Positions 8,327 to 17,498 of a stretch of 53,579 nucleotides of DNA are shown piece by piece. The stretch is from a virus. Its lineage: Duplodnaviria; Caudoviricetes. Within the stretch, counting starts at the first letter, position 1. Every line of letters begins with the position of its first letter. The position numbers were made by a program, and so were the translations under genes. Below the pieces are notes generated by a model, which had not been told where the DNA came from, made no database searches, and worked only from the letters and a program-made list of their open reading frames with translations. The DNA is taken from positions 1 through 53,579 of IMG/VR virus record IMGVR_UViG_3300032266_000862; one strand, given 5' to 3'.

Positions 8327-11300
8327 ATGGCAGGCATCATTCTGAACAATATTTCCAAACCAACCAGTTTAACTAATTTGGGGGATAAAAATCCGTTGTC
8401 TTTTTTGGAATGGAAAAATAGAAATATCGGTATTGGATTTTCAGATGCAGAAATCCAATACCAGAATTATCTTCGTCTTTTTCATAATACTACGGAAACC
8501 AAGAATATAGTTGCTTCCAATAAAATTAAAGAAGATTATCTTCGATTAATTGAACGGTTACAAATCATCTTTCAAAATGATCAGGAGTTTGAACGATATA
8601 CCAAGATCGACTTGACTTCCGAAACTGATCTGTCTTTAGTTATTCCTATCTATGCAAGAAAACTAAAAGAGATTGCATTATTTTATACCAAGAAACGTGA
8701 AGAAATTAAGAATAAAAAACTGGAATATAATCTAGTTGGATCTTATGATGGTCTAATTAAACTACTTTATTCCAATCTCGTTTCCAAGTTTACCAAAACT
8801 GAACAGACCCAATTTGTTCATGAAAATCCGCTAATTACACAATCTCCTGAATTTTCTGCAATCTCTTCTGATTTTGAAATTGATGTGGAAGAACTCTATG
8901 ATACTACTGATTATTTTCAAAATCAGGAAAGTATCAATCCTTTTGCATGTGCATTTAATGACCTATGTTTCAGTTTAATAACTACAGATCTTTCTGCTAA
9001 AGCTGATCCGTTGGAAGCAAATTATATTTGTAATCCTTCCAATGAAACGGTTGATTTTCTTTTACAGAATGCATATCAGAAATATACTTCTACTAATGTC
9101 AATTATATCTCTGGTGGTTATTATGTAGAGAATTATCAAAATGTTCAGATTCCTTTGGAACTTGGTAATAACTTCTTTTATTGGTTTGAAGGACGAACTG
9201 TTTTTGATATTCCTGAAGGAATTTATAAACCAATACCAATTCAGGATATTTCCTGGACAAATGCAACAGGTGGAAGTTCTTTGGATATTTCTGATCTGGT
9301 ATTTGTTAATGCTGGAAATAATCTAACTAAAGGGGCATGGTTGCAGGATACTCAGTATGTCGAGGTAACTGCAAATATGGATGCGACCATTGTTGACGGA
9401 AAGATTTTTAAATTCCCTTATCCTGATTATGGAGTCTCGGCCATTGGAGGATCTTGGAGTGGTCCAGGATTAAATGATACTATTCCAAAAAGTAAAAAGT
9501 TTTTTCCTACAGAAGAAGATTTTACAAATTCTCAAAATTCCATTAATAGACTGTATTGGAATTCTTTTTCGGCATTATCTACGGTCGAATCTATATATCT
9601 TCAGGAAACAACTTTAGGAGCACTCGGAAGAGCATCCAACAAGTTCGTTAATGCTGACAAAGTTTATGTTGGAAATGACAATGGACAGACTGCATTCTAT
9701 ACAGATGAACAACAGGTTGCATGGCTTTATGATTTCCGACAAACTCAGATCCCCATTAAATCTGGAGAGAATAAAATATATTTTCCTCTTCAGAGATATG
9801 AAGAAGATTCTGAACTATTCTTTAATTTTGATAAAGGTCAATCAATTCCACTATCTTCCGTCAAAGTTCAGGACGCCTTCTCTGGAGCTATTGCAGGACT
9901 CACTCTGGATAGCGCAGATACCATCATAAAGAACCGAACAGTGTGCGGACCCCAATTGGAAATGGCATGGCTTAAATCGACTCCCTTGCGCCATTACTCT
10001 CCTCTGGATAATTCTGATTGTAACTGTGAACCTGAGCTTAAGTCTTATTATACAAATTGGAAATATGTTGAGGGAGGCACCCAAATAGGATTATCCTTTA
10101 AATGTAATTCTGATAATTATGTTCGATTCACTTGGACAGGAGAAACTACCGACATTAATAATGTTCCGGGATTTACAGGATTCCCTCACGATGATTCGTG
10201 TGAATATAAACGATTAGATCATTCCAAATCTATTGCAGACAGTAATTTCCTCAATGCAAAAAATAAAGATATTTTTGAAAAATGGAAAAAATGCACCTGT
10301 CATGCCGTGCAATATTCTCCGTTTGGACACAAACATTCCAACTTTGAAAACTATTCCATTAGTCCAGATTTTATTGTAAAAGATACAAAATATCCTAAAC
10401 TGTTCAACAAGAAAAATTGGATAGGATCTGACGATAAAAATTATTTAACAAGTAAAGACTTTGCCAGATTCTATCCAGAATTGATTGAAAAAGACATGGG
10501 ATGGGGAAGAGGTGTTTGGAAAACCCAAACAGATTCTTCTTTTATTCTGGAAAAGGGACAATCGTATATCTATCATCGGGCAGATACTAATAATTGTTCT
10601 TTTGACTCCCCATATTTTGTTATTAATACCTCTTATAACAATGGTGTGGTATCTGATGAAAATTGTAATAAAGTTTCTTATCGTCCTAGATGGATGAAAG
10701 CCATTCAAGATGAAAATGGAACATGGATTGATGCAGGAGTCGAATCTGATATGATTCTAAAGTTTGGAGATTTTCTAACTTATAATCATCAGGAATCTGC
10801 CTCAGAAACCCGTAAACGATTTCTATACAATAAACAAGAAATTACTTCCCTTAGTGGTGATTATGTAACATTATCCATAAATGACACAAACGTTTCGTTT
10901 ACCAGTTATACAAACACAGTTCCGTCCATAAATTTTTTAATTAAGATTCCTATCAATTCTTATTCGGCATTATGGGGGAAAGCGGATTATGGAACAGATG
11001 TAAATTCGGATCGAAAATCAAATATAAATCCTACTGATTTTAGAAATGTTTTCGATTATCTACAATTGACGCAGCCAATCGCTTCAGATATTATTTTACA
11101 GGATAAAAATATTGTGGAATATAAATTCGGAGTCTGTGACAGTTCGTGTTTTGTTTGGACTCAACCATTAAATTTCTCGGTTTATGCTCCTGTTCGAAAA
11201 TGGAATAAAATAGACATGGACACTTGTGTCGAAAGTGAGATTTTGTCATATCTTAACAAAGAAATGACCAATTGTTATTTAAAAGAAGTTAAATGTCTTT

Positions 11301-12244
11301 CCGAATGTGAAAAAACTTGCGGATGCGAGCACTTCTGTAATCCTACTAAAACTGGAATATTTGCAACTTACGAAGATTCTGATATTACATTTAATACGGA
11401 ATTGAGTGGAATTCCTTTATTTGTCAATTATTTTGCAAGGAATAACTTTATTCAAGACGTTAGAGTTCAGAATATAACTAATGGGGAGAAGTCTTTATTG
11501 GTTCCTGTGGTTTCTTCCAGCTATAATAGTCCTGAAAATCCGTGGAGAAATCTCCTTAATCAAAATGGAGCAAATTTTGTTATAGAAGAATCAGTCAGTA
11601 ATCTAAGAACAAAATCAGAACTAAATTTCTATCAACCGAAGAAAATTGGTATGGGAAGATTTGAAACTTTTGACAGTCGTTCCACTATATACAATACCTC
11701 TTTAGGAAATTCTTTGTATCGCACTGACAATTATTTTGATGATCCTCTCAAAAAATCTCAAAACGATTCTACATATGTCACTGAATATTCATTAGGAAAA
11801 CGTCAAGGTCTTCCTAAAACCGATAGAATGCAAACATTCATTCCATATACCAATGCTCATGAGAAATACGGCAAAGAATATTATGGTTTATATAAATCTC
11901 CGTTGTCATTTTCTCCTTGGAATACTGATGGATCTTGGAAAGAATCTGATCTCTATAAGAATTTCCGGGGACAATATAATGTTGCATGTAACAGCAATTG
12001 GTATACTGATCAACTAACATTAACTGGAGATGTGTGGAATTGGCAAACTGATATTTACGGAAATCAATTTTTTACAATTTTTAATGAAGATCTTGATTAT
12101 GTGTCAGGACCAAACACATATGGCCAAATTTTTATTAAGATGACAAACGGAAATGTTTATCCAATTTCTGATGCATTGAGTTCAGTGACAACGACTTACG
12201 AAAATATTAACGTTAATTTATATGATCCATTTTCTGAAATTTAA
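8327..12244 (+). CDS. Large virion structural protein (1305 aa), probably baseplate/tail-associated
   Basis: TATAAATA-N5-ATG; Cys clusters; three internal G..G.....D.......AWL repeats; structural-gene context. Confidence 0.6.
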   Translation: MAGIILNNISKPTSLTNLGDKNPLSFLEWKNRNIGIGFSDAEIQYQNYLRLFHNTTETKNIVASNKIKEDYLRLIERLQIIFQNDQEFERYTKIDLTSETDLSLVIPIYARKLKEIALFYTKKREEIKNKKLEYNLVGSYDGLIKLLYSNLVSKFTKTEQTQFVHENPLITQSPEFSAISSDFEIDVEELYDTTDYFQNQESINPFACAFNDLCFSLITTDLSAKADPLEANYICNPSNETVDFLLQNAYQKYTSTNVNYISGGYYVENYQNVQIPLELGNNFFYWFEGRTVFDIPEGIYKPIPIQDISWTNATGGSSLDISDLVFVNAGNNLTKGAWLQDTQYVEVTANMDATIVDGKIFKFPYPDYGVSAIGGSWSGPGLNDTIPKSKKFFPTEEDFTNSQNSINRLYWNSFSALSTVESIYLQETTLGALGRASNKFVNADKVYVGNDNGQTAFYTDEQQVAWLYDFRQTQIPIKSGENKIYFPLQRYEEDSELFFNFDKGQSIPLSSVKVQDAFSGAIAGLTLDSADTIIKNRTVCGPQLEMAWLKSTPLRHYSPLDNSDCNCEPELKSYYTNWKYVEGGTQIGLSFKCNSDNYVRFTWTGETTDINNVPGFTGFPHDDSCEYKRLDHSKSIADSNFLNAKNKDIFEKWKKCTCHAVQYSPFGHKHSNFENYSISPDFIVKDTKYPKLFNKKNWIGSDDKNYLTSKDFARFYPELIEKDMGWGRGVWKTQTDSSFILEKGQSYIYHRADTNNCSFDSPYFVINTSYNNGVVSDENCNKVSYRPRWMKAIQDENGTWIDAGVESDMILKFGDFLTYNHQESASETRKRFLYNKQEITSLSGDYVTLSINDTNVSFTSYTNTVPSINFLIKIPINSYSALWGKADYGTDVNSDRKSNINPTDFRNVFDYLQLTQPIASDIILQDKNIVEYKFGVCDSSCFVWTQPLNFSVYAPVRKWNKIDMDTCVESEILSYLNKEMTNCYLKEVKCLSECEKTCGCEHFCNPTKTGIFATYEDSDITFNTELSGIPLFVNYFARNNFIQDVRVQNITNGEKSLLVPVVSSSYNSPENPWRNLLNQNGANFVIEESVSNLRTKSELNFYQPKKIGMGRFETFDSRSTIYNTSLGNSLYRTDNYFDDPLKKSQNDSTYVTEYSLGKRQGLPKTDRMQTFIPYTNAHEKYGKEYYGLYKSPLSFSPWNTDGSWKESDLYKNFRGQYNVACNSNWYTDQLTLTGDVWNWQTDIYGNQFFTIFNEDLDYVSGPNTYGQIFIKMTNGNVYPISDALSSVTTTYENINVNLYDPFSEI

Positions 12245-12269
12245 TTTTAAAAATTAAATAAATATTTTT

Positions 12270-12905
12270 ATGAATTTGGATTTTGATACGCTTAAAGACT
12301 GGGAAGAATTTATCTTATCATCTATAGCTCTTATTGGTATTTTATGGGGCGGATGGAAGTGGTTGATTACTCCTTTAAAGAGCATTGTTAAAAAAATAGA
12401 AAAAATGGACAGTGCCATCGATTGTATCAACGATGAGATTCTTCCGGTTATTCAATCTCTGAATAAAGAATTTACGAAAAATAGCGGAAAGTCCATTATG
12501 GACAGGATTCTTCGCATAGATGATAATACTCGTCTTGCAGAATTGCGCTCAAAATTAATTGCATCTACTCTAGCATCTGCAAGCATGTGCGAATTTGATA
12601 GATTGGGAAATCTTACTTGGGCCAACAAAGCATTTACAAATCTCACCGGTCTGGAACTTGCCAGTCTTGCAGGTAATGGATGGATTGTTGCAATAGAAGA
12701 AAATGACAGAAAAAATGTCTGGGGATTATGGAGACATAGTATCGAAAACGGAATTCCTTTTGAATCAGAATTTACTATTAAAAATCATATAACCGATGCC
12801 GAACAGAAAGTCAAGTGTCAAATATATCCTCATAAATCCATTGATACCAACATTAACAGCACACCCTTGGGATATTATGGAAGCTTTGATAATATGCCGG
12901 ATTAA
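12270..12905 (+). CDS. Membrane-anchored PAS-domain protein (candidate holin or lysis regulator)
   Basis: N-terminal hydrophobic helix FILSSIALIGILWGGWKWLI; C-terminal FDRLGNLTWANKAFTNLTG..LAGNGW..I..DR..W...PFESEF is a classic PAS pattern; TAAATA-N5-ATG. Confidence 0.75.
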   Translation: MNLDFDTLKDWEEFILSSIALIGILWGGWKWLITPLKSIVKKIEKMDSAIDCINDEILPVIQSLNKEFTKNSGKSIMDRILRIDDNTRLAELRSKLIASTLASASMCEFDRLGNLTWANKAFTNLTGLELASLAGNGWIVAIEENDRKNVWGLWRHSIENGIPFESEFTIKNHITDAEQKVKCQIYPHKSIDTNINSTPLGYYGSFDNMPD

Positions 12906-13201
12906 GATTTATTTTTGCGATCACGCAATCTGCGAAGTCGTTTGATATATGCCAATTTAGCTAAACGACATTCTTCATGTTTAGCAGTTCCAAATCTTGG
13001 ATCATTTTTACATTTATCCAATGTCAGACGTTCCCCTCTTCTTAAAAAATAAATTCTTTTAAATCCTGCTGAATAAGGATTGGGAGCACACCTAGAAAAT
13101 ACATATTGGGCATTGTCTGATAATTCGGGCATAGTCGTGCCCGTGCAACGTTTGTATTTTTCTTCAATAATTTTACAGAATTTATCAAATTCAGGAGTCA
13201 T
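12902..13201 (-). CDS. Small basic late protein with FDKFCKIIEE leader
   Basis: TAAATA-N5-ATG; Lys/Arg-rich, several Cys. Confidence 0.65.
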   Translation of the reverse strand: MTPEFDKFCKIIEEKYKRCTGTTMPELSDNAQYVFSRCAPNPYSAGFKRIYFLRRGERLTLDKCKNDPRFGTAKHEECRLAKLAYIKRLRRLRDRKNKS

Positions 13202-13244
13202 TAATATATTTATCCTTTTTAGTATCAGTCATTAATATATTTAT
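13196..13244. repeat. 18-bp direct repeat agtcattaatatatttat (duplicated promoter+ATG cassette)
   Basis: Copies at 13196-13213 and 13227-13244. Confidence 0.85.
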
Positions 13245-13281
13245 TTCCGATTCATATGTTTATTGATATTCTGAATGAAAT

Positions 13282-15180
13282 TTATCCGACTAGAAATGCC
13301 GTAGGTCCGGTATTATACCTCATCTGGTTCCGCAATTCTTCCAGTAATTTTGCAGCTTTTTCATTTCCTTGGGCAAGAATTTCACTTCCAGTCAATGTTG
13401 CACCTCCATAAAGAACAACTCCCCCGAAAGTGGAGCGAATTCGTCCTAGAGTAACCATGGCCAATGCCATAACATATTCTTTAATCCAATAAGAACTTAA
13501 AATATGTTCGACTTGTGGTTCCAGATAAACTCCTAAAATATAACATTGGGAACCGGAACTCATGGATTGCCCAACACAACCAGTCTCACAATTGTAATAT
13601 GCATTCGGCGGTTCTGGAGTTAATTTAAGATATTGAGTTCGGGGATTAAATTGATAAGTCACATACCGAAGCATCTTCTTGGAATGTTCAACAAATGATG
13701 TTGCCATATGATATGTTAATAAATCGTAGCCTTGTTTACCCAGATTATTACGATTTCCCATCAAATCATAACCAAAAGTATTGGCAAGCAATGCATAATC
13801 AAAATTGAATAATAAATCTCCTGATCCACCATAGCCACCCTGTCCTCCAAGATCTGCGGAGAATACTCCTAAAATTTTACGTTTACGATGAATAAACCCG
13901 TCTATATTGGAACTTACAGTGCTACTGACAGTTCCTATTTCTGTGATAGTTGAGCATTTTGCAAAAGTTACGTCCACAAGAATTTTCTCAGGAGTAGTTC
14001 GAACACATTTCCCAGAATCTGAATTATAGTAAGAGAAGGTAAATCCGTTGTTTGACCAATTACCTTGGGGAGTATAAAGAATTTCTGTAGGTGGTTTATA
14101 GTCGTGAAAGAATTGCACGTTTTTCAGAGACATTGGTCCATTAGTAGAGAATGCGGTATTACATAGCGTAAATGTGCTCACAATACCGTCATTGCTATTC
14201 AATGGTATAGAACCATCAGTTGTGCACGAAGGAACCCCTAGTAATCGTATATGCGTTGCATTTGACATATCCCTTGAAGATGCGGGCCATAATGCAGTTA
14301 GTGAAGGAGATATACCAAATTGGGCAGTTAGAGGTGCACACGAAGATACTAACGATGTATTGCAATTTGGATAGACAAATCCGGTTCCTTGACCAATATT
14401 AATACAAGCAGGAACTTGAGGATTGGTGATAGAATCTTTTGGATAAAATGCCGATAACGGAAAATAATTAACAGGAATTGCAGAAAGGCTATTTCTCAAT
14501 GCCGACATCGGAACATTAGTAAGTCCATATGCACTCAAATTATAAGACACATTTCCAAAAACTGCGGAAAGTATAGGAGATGCGGTAAAATTAAATCGTG
14601 TTGCTGATAAATTAGGATTGGATGACAATAAATACCATCTGGAATTTGCAGGATTTATAGTAAGACAATTAGCTTTACATACATCCATTGCGCTCCAAGG
14701 ATTTTCTGGATCAAAGAATAGATTGAAGGTCTGTCCACTAACTCCAGAAAATATCATAGAGTTCGGATTTAGATAATTATAAGGAGTTGGATATACGAAA
14801 GGAGTAGCAGAAAGATATGCAGTAGAAGTTTCTATGATGTCACAGACTTGTCTAGTCGATGTGACAGTCTGATAAACTGTGGTATTATAACAATGTTGTG
14901 GATTACATCCAACATCCAACAGATCGTCTAGCTTTACTCCACAACTTCTTTTATAATTATTTGCACAAAATACCAGATATTCTTCTTCTCTATTCCCTTC
15001 CCATTCTGTAAAATCTTCAATAGCTTTATCGATGATATGTCCCCACTGTTCATCGGTAATCTCAACTGGTGCAGAGGGCCAGCCTAATAGAGATTTAGTC
15101 CGATAAACCAAATCAGAATAATCCGAAATTCGGGGATTAAGGGAAGTGGAACCGAATCCATCTGGTGCAGTTGTAGACAT
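13282..15180 (-). CDS. Neck/head-completion protein, gp13-like, with a large insertion
   Basis: SLLGWPSAPVEITDEQW..IDKAIE N-terminus and WIKEYVMAL..LGRIRSTFGGVVLYGG.TL.G C-terminus; TAAATA 6 nt before ATG at 15180. Confidence 0.85.
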   Translation of the reverse strand: MSTTAPDGFGSTSLNPRISDYSDLVYRTKSLLGWPSAPVEITDEQWGHIIDKAIEDFTEWEGNREEEYLVFCANNYKRSCGVKLDDLLDVGCNPQHCYNTTVYQTVTSTRQVCDIIETSTAYLSATPFVYPTPYNYLNPNSMIFSGVSGQTFNLFFDPENPWSAMDVCKANCLTINPANSRWYLLSSNPNLSATRFNFTASPILSAVFGNVSYNLSAYGLTNVPMSALRNSLSAIPVNYFPLSAFYPKDSITNPQVPACINIGQGTGFVYPNCNTSLVSSCAPLTAQFGISPSLTALWPASSRDMSNATHIRLLGVPSCTTDGSIPLNSNDGIVSTFTLCNTAFSTNGPMSLKNVQFFHDYKPPTEILYTPQGNWSNNGFTFSYYNSDSGKCVRTTPEKILVDVTFAKCSTITEIGTVSSTVSSNIDGFIHRKRKILGVFSADLGGQGGYGGSGDLLFNFDYALLANTFGYDLMGNRNNLGKQGYDLLTYHMATSFVEHSKKMLRYVTYQFNPRTQYLKLTPEPPNAYYNCETGCVGQSMSSGSQCYILGVYLEPQVEHILSSYWIKEYVMALAMVTLGRIRSTFGGVVLYGGATLTGSEILAQGNEKAAKLLEELRNQMRYNTGPTAFLVG

Positions 15181-15247
15181 CAAATCTATTTATTAATTAA
15201 TTCCAGCGGAAAAGTTTCTTGCTTTTTTAGAAAGTGAGATAGAAAGA

Positions 15248-17473
15248 TTAAGCTTCTGGCGCAGGAGCCTCTTCGCTTTCTCCTTCGGCCCCGCCACCCG
15301 CTTCAACCGGTGAACCAAATGCAGGGAGTGCAGTATCAGAAGGTGCCGATCCTCCTCCTCCTCCTGCCTCTGCTCCTTCGGCCCCGCCACCCGCTTCAGA
15401 TGCTCCTGGAAGCGCAGGACCTCCACCTCCACCTCCTCCAAATCCACCCATTCCACCCGCACCCATCGCACCTTCAAGTTCTTCAATTGCTTTTTCGCGG
15501 AATTTAGGACCATTTTGTTCAATTTGTCCTATTTCCCAGCGGAATGCTGCATCTTTCTTGAGCATATCTAGATTTGCAAGAATTTCACGATCACTCCAAC
15601 CTAAATACATTTTCTGTGCAAGTGTATTGGATATGAAATCATTCTGACTCATATTGTTGAAATTATCGTATTTGATTTGGAATAATTGCTGTTCTCTTAA
15701 TGCAAAGAATTGAGAAGGTTCGACGAATTTGATATGAATATCTTCTTCTTTAATATCGTATTGTTCCCACCAAGATAACATATCTGATCTTAATTCTGAT
15801 AATTTATTTTCTTGTCCCTCAATAATTGTATATTCTTCTTCCAAAACGTCAAGTTGTTCGGTGAGAAGATTAGTGTTAATATCTTCTGTTTCAAAAATAA
15901 CATTATCCTTTAAATCGTTCAGAACATCAGTGATTTTATTCATTTCGTAAACAAGGGATTCCCTTTGTTCAAAGACATTTTGTTCGATGTCATCCAATAT
16001 TTTATTGACTTCTTCTGCGACTAAATCATAGTTATCCCAACATTTAGCAGAAAAACTATCTTTGTAAATTTGTGAAATTTGAAATGCATTTTCTGGTTTA
16101 TTGTCTTTAGAGGGAATAGTTTCAATATTCAACTGTCTGGCAGTCTCCAAAAGTTTTTTCCCTTTAAGTTTGAGATGAACAATAAATGCGCGTTTAATCG
16201 CTCCTGCCCAAAGTTTTTGAAGATTGATAATGTATTCAGAAAAACATAGTTCTTCTCTGGTAATACTCGCAGAGTCGGAAACGGTAGTTTCAGAATTTAA
16301 ACGGGAAAGCGGCACTTTTAGACTTTGATAAAGTTTTTGAACAAAGAATGTCAGGATTTCCAAATTATCAGGACTGGCTTTACCTCCTCCGATAGAAGAT
16401 ACGCTACTGCCCTGAGAACCTTCTCTTTTAGGGAACCAATAATTTTCCAACATTCCTTGAGGATCGTAGGTATTTTCAATTCTACCATCTCCCGCCATTG
16501 TCTTCTTGCTCCAAAACTGCCCCATAGTTTTGCGCATATATTGATCAGCAGCAGAAGGCTTCATACCCGCGACATCAATATTGAACATCAATCGTTCAGG
16601 AGCACGAACAATCATATAGATTACGGTAGCATCTTCAATCAAAGACAACTGACGATATGGTCGTTGGGCATATGCTAATACTGGAATTTTATGTTTTCTC
16701 CCGTCACTCCATTGATCATTGGCAATGTAAGTGATTTGTTTCTCGTTCATGAATAATAACTGATGCTGATTTCTGGTTGCTCCTGCATTTTGTGCTGTAA
16801 ATTTCCCCCATTGAAATGGATACATATCGGGAGCCTTTGCACGTAAGAGAAAACAGTCAATCAATTCATTGTCCAGATCATAATATAAAGGGTCACATCG
16901 ATCTGATGCAATTTTAGTAACACCGATAATTCCTAGTTCTGGTTTTTTAAGAGAAATAATATTTTCAAAAAACAATTCTCCTTCTACTAACCATTCTCTG
17001 ATATATTTGTTGCCCTTTTCTTGAAATTTATAGATCTCAATAAATTTGTAGAATTCGTCTTCAACCAGACTTTGCACCTCATTGTTGTGGTCACTATTGA
17101 GTTGGATTTTTAAGAAATGCCCTTTGTCATCATTTTCAAAGAACTCATTTACAATTTCGGTTAATGCACGTTCTACTTCGGAATAATTTGACATGATCCG
17201 AAAATCATTTAACCGGCGTTGTTTATCATCAGAAGATGTGCTATACATCAATTGATGATAATACATATTAGTTATTCTGGATGCTCCCCCGCTAGTATTC
17301 TCTAATTCATAATCAAATTTATTCGTGACAGAGAGACGTTGGACTTTATTATCTTTGGAAAAAGAAGAACTGTCAAAAACTGGATATCTATTGTTCATTT
17401 TCTGAAGATCATCTTCGCCAAAAAGGCTTCGAATATGAGGCAATGATTTTAACAATCTATCAGTAGAATTCAT
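15248..17473 (-). CDS. Portal protein, gp20-like
   Basis: QLSLIEDATVIYMIVRAPERLMFNIDV, MLENYWFPKREG, KLYQSLKVPLSRL, ITREEL; start moved to 17473 (TAAATA-N5-ATG). Confidence 0.95.
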   Translation of the reverse strand: MNSTDRLLKSLPHIRSLFGEDDLQKMNNRYPVFDSSSFSKDNKVQRLSVTNKFDYELENTSGGASRITNMYYHQLMYSTSSDDKQRRLNDFRIMSNYSEVERALTEIVNEFFENDDKGHFLKIQLNSDHNNEVQSLVEDEFYKFIEIYKFQEKGNKYIREWLVEGELFFENIISLKKPELGIIGVTKIASDRCDPLYYDLDNELIDCFLLRAKAPDMYPFQWGKFTAQNAGATRNQHQLLFMNEKQITYIANDQWSDGRKHKIPVLAYAQRPYRQLSLIEDATVIYMIVRAPERLMFNIDVAGMKPSAADQYMRKTMGQFWSKKTMAGDGRIENTYDPQGMLENYWFPKREGSQGSSVSSIGGGKASPDNLEILTFFVQKLYQSLKVPLSRLNSETTVSDSASITREELCFSEYIINLQKLWAGAIKRAFIVHLKLKGKKLLETARQLNIETIPSKDNKPENAFQISQIYKDSFSAKCWDNYDLVAEEVNKILDDIEQNVFEQRESLVYEMNKITDVLNDLKDNVIFETEDINTNLLTEQLDVLEEEYTIIEGQENKLSELRSDMLSWWEQYDIKEEDIHIKFVEPSQFFALREQQLFQIKYDNFNNMSQNDFISNTLAQKMYLGWSDREILANLDMLKKDAAFRWEIGQIEQNGPKFREKAIEELEGAMGAGGMGGFGGGGGGGPALPGASEAGGGAEGAEAGGGGGSAPSDTALPAFGSPVEAGGGAEGESEEAPAPEA

Positions 17474-17498
17474 GAAACTATTTATAGAGCGATTGTTT

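Noticed and set aside
15193-15522. GC-rich patch and overlapping ORFs as foreign DNA or an extra gene
   Set aside because: Explained by the Gly/Ala/Pro-rich tail of the portal protein.
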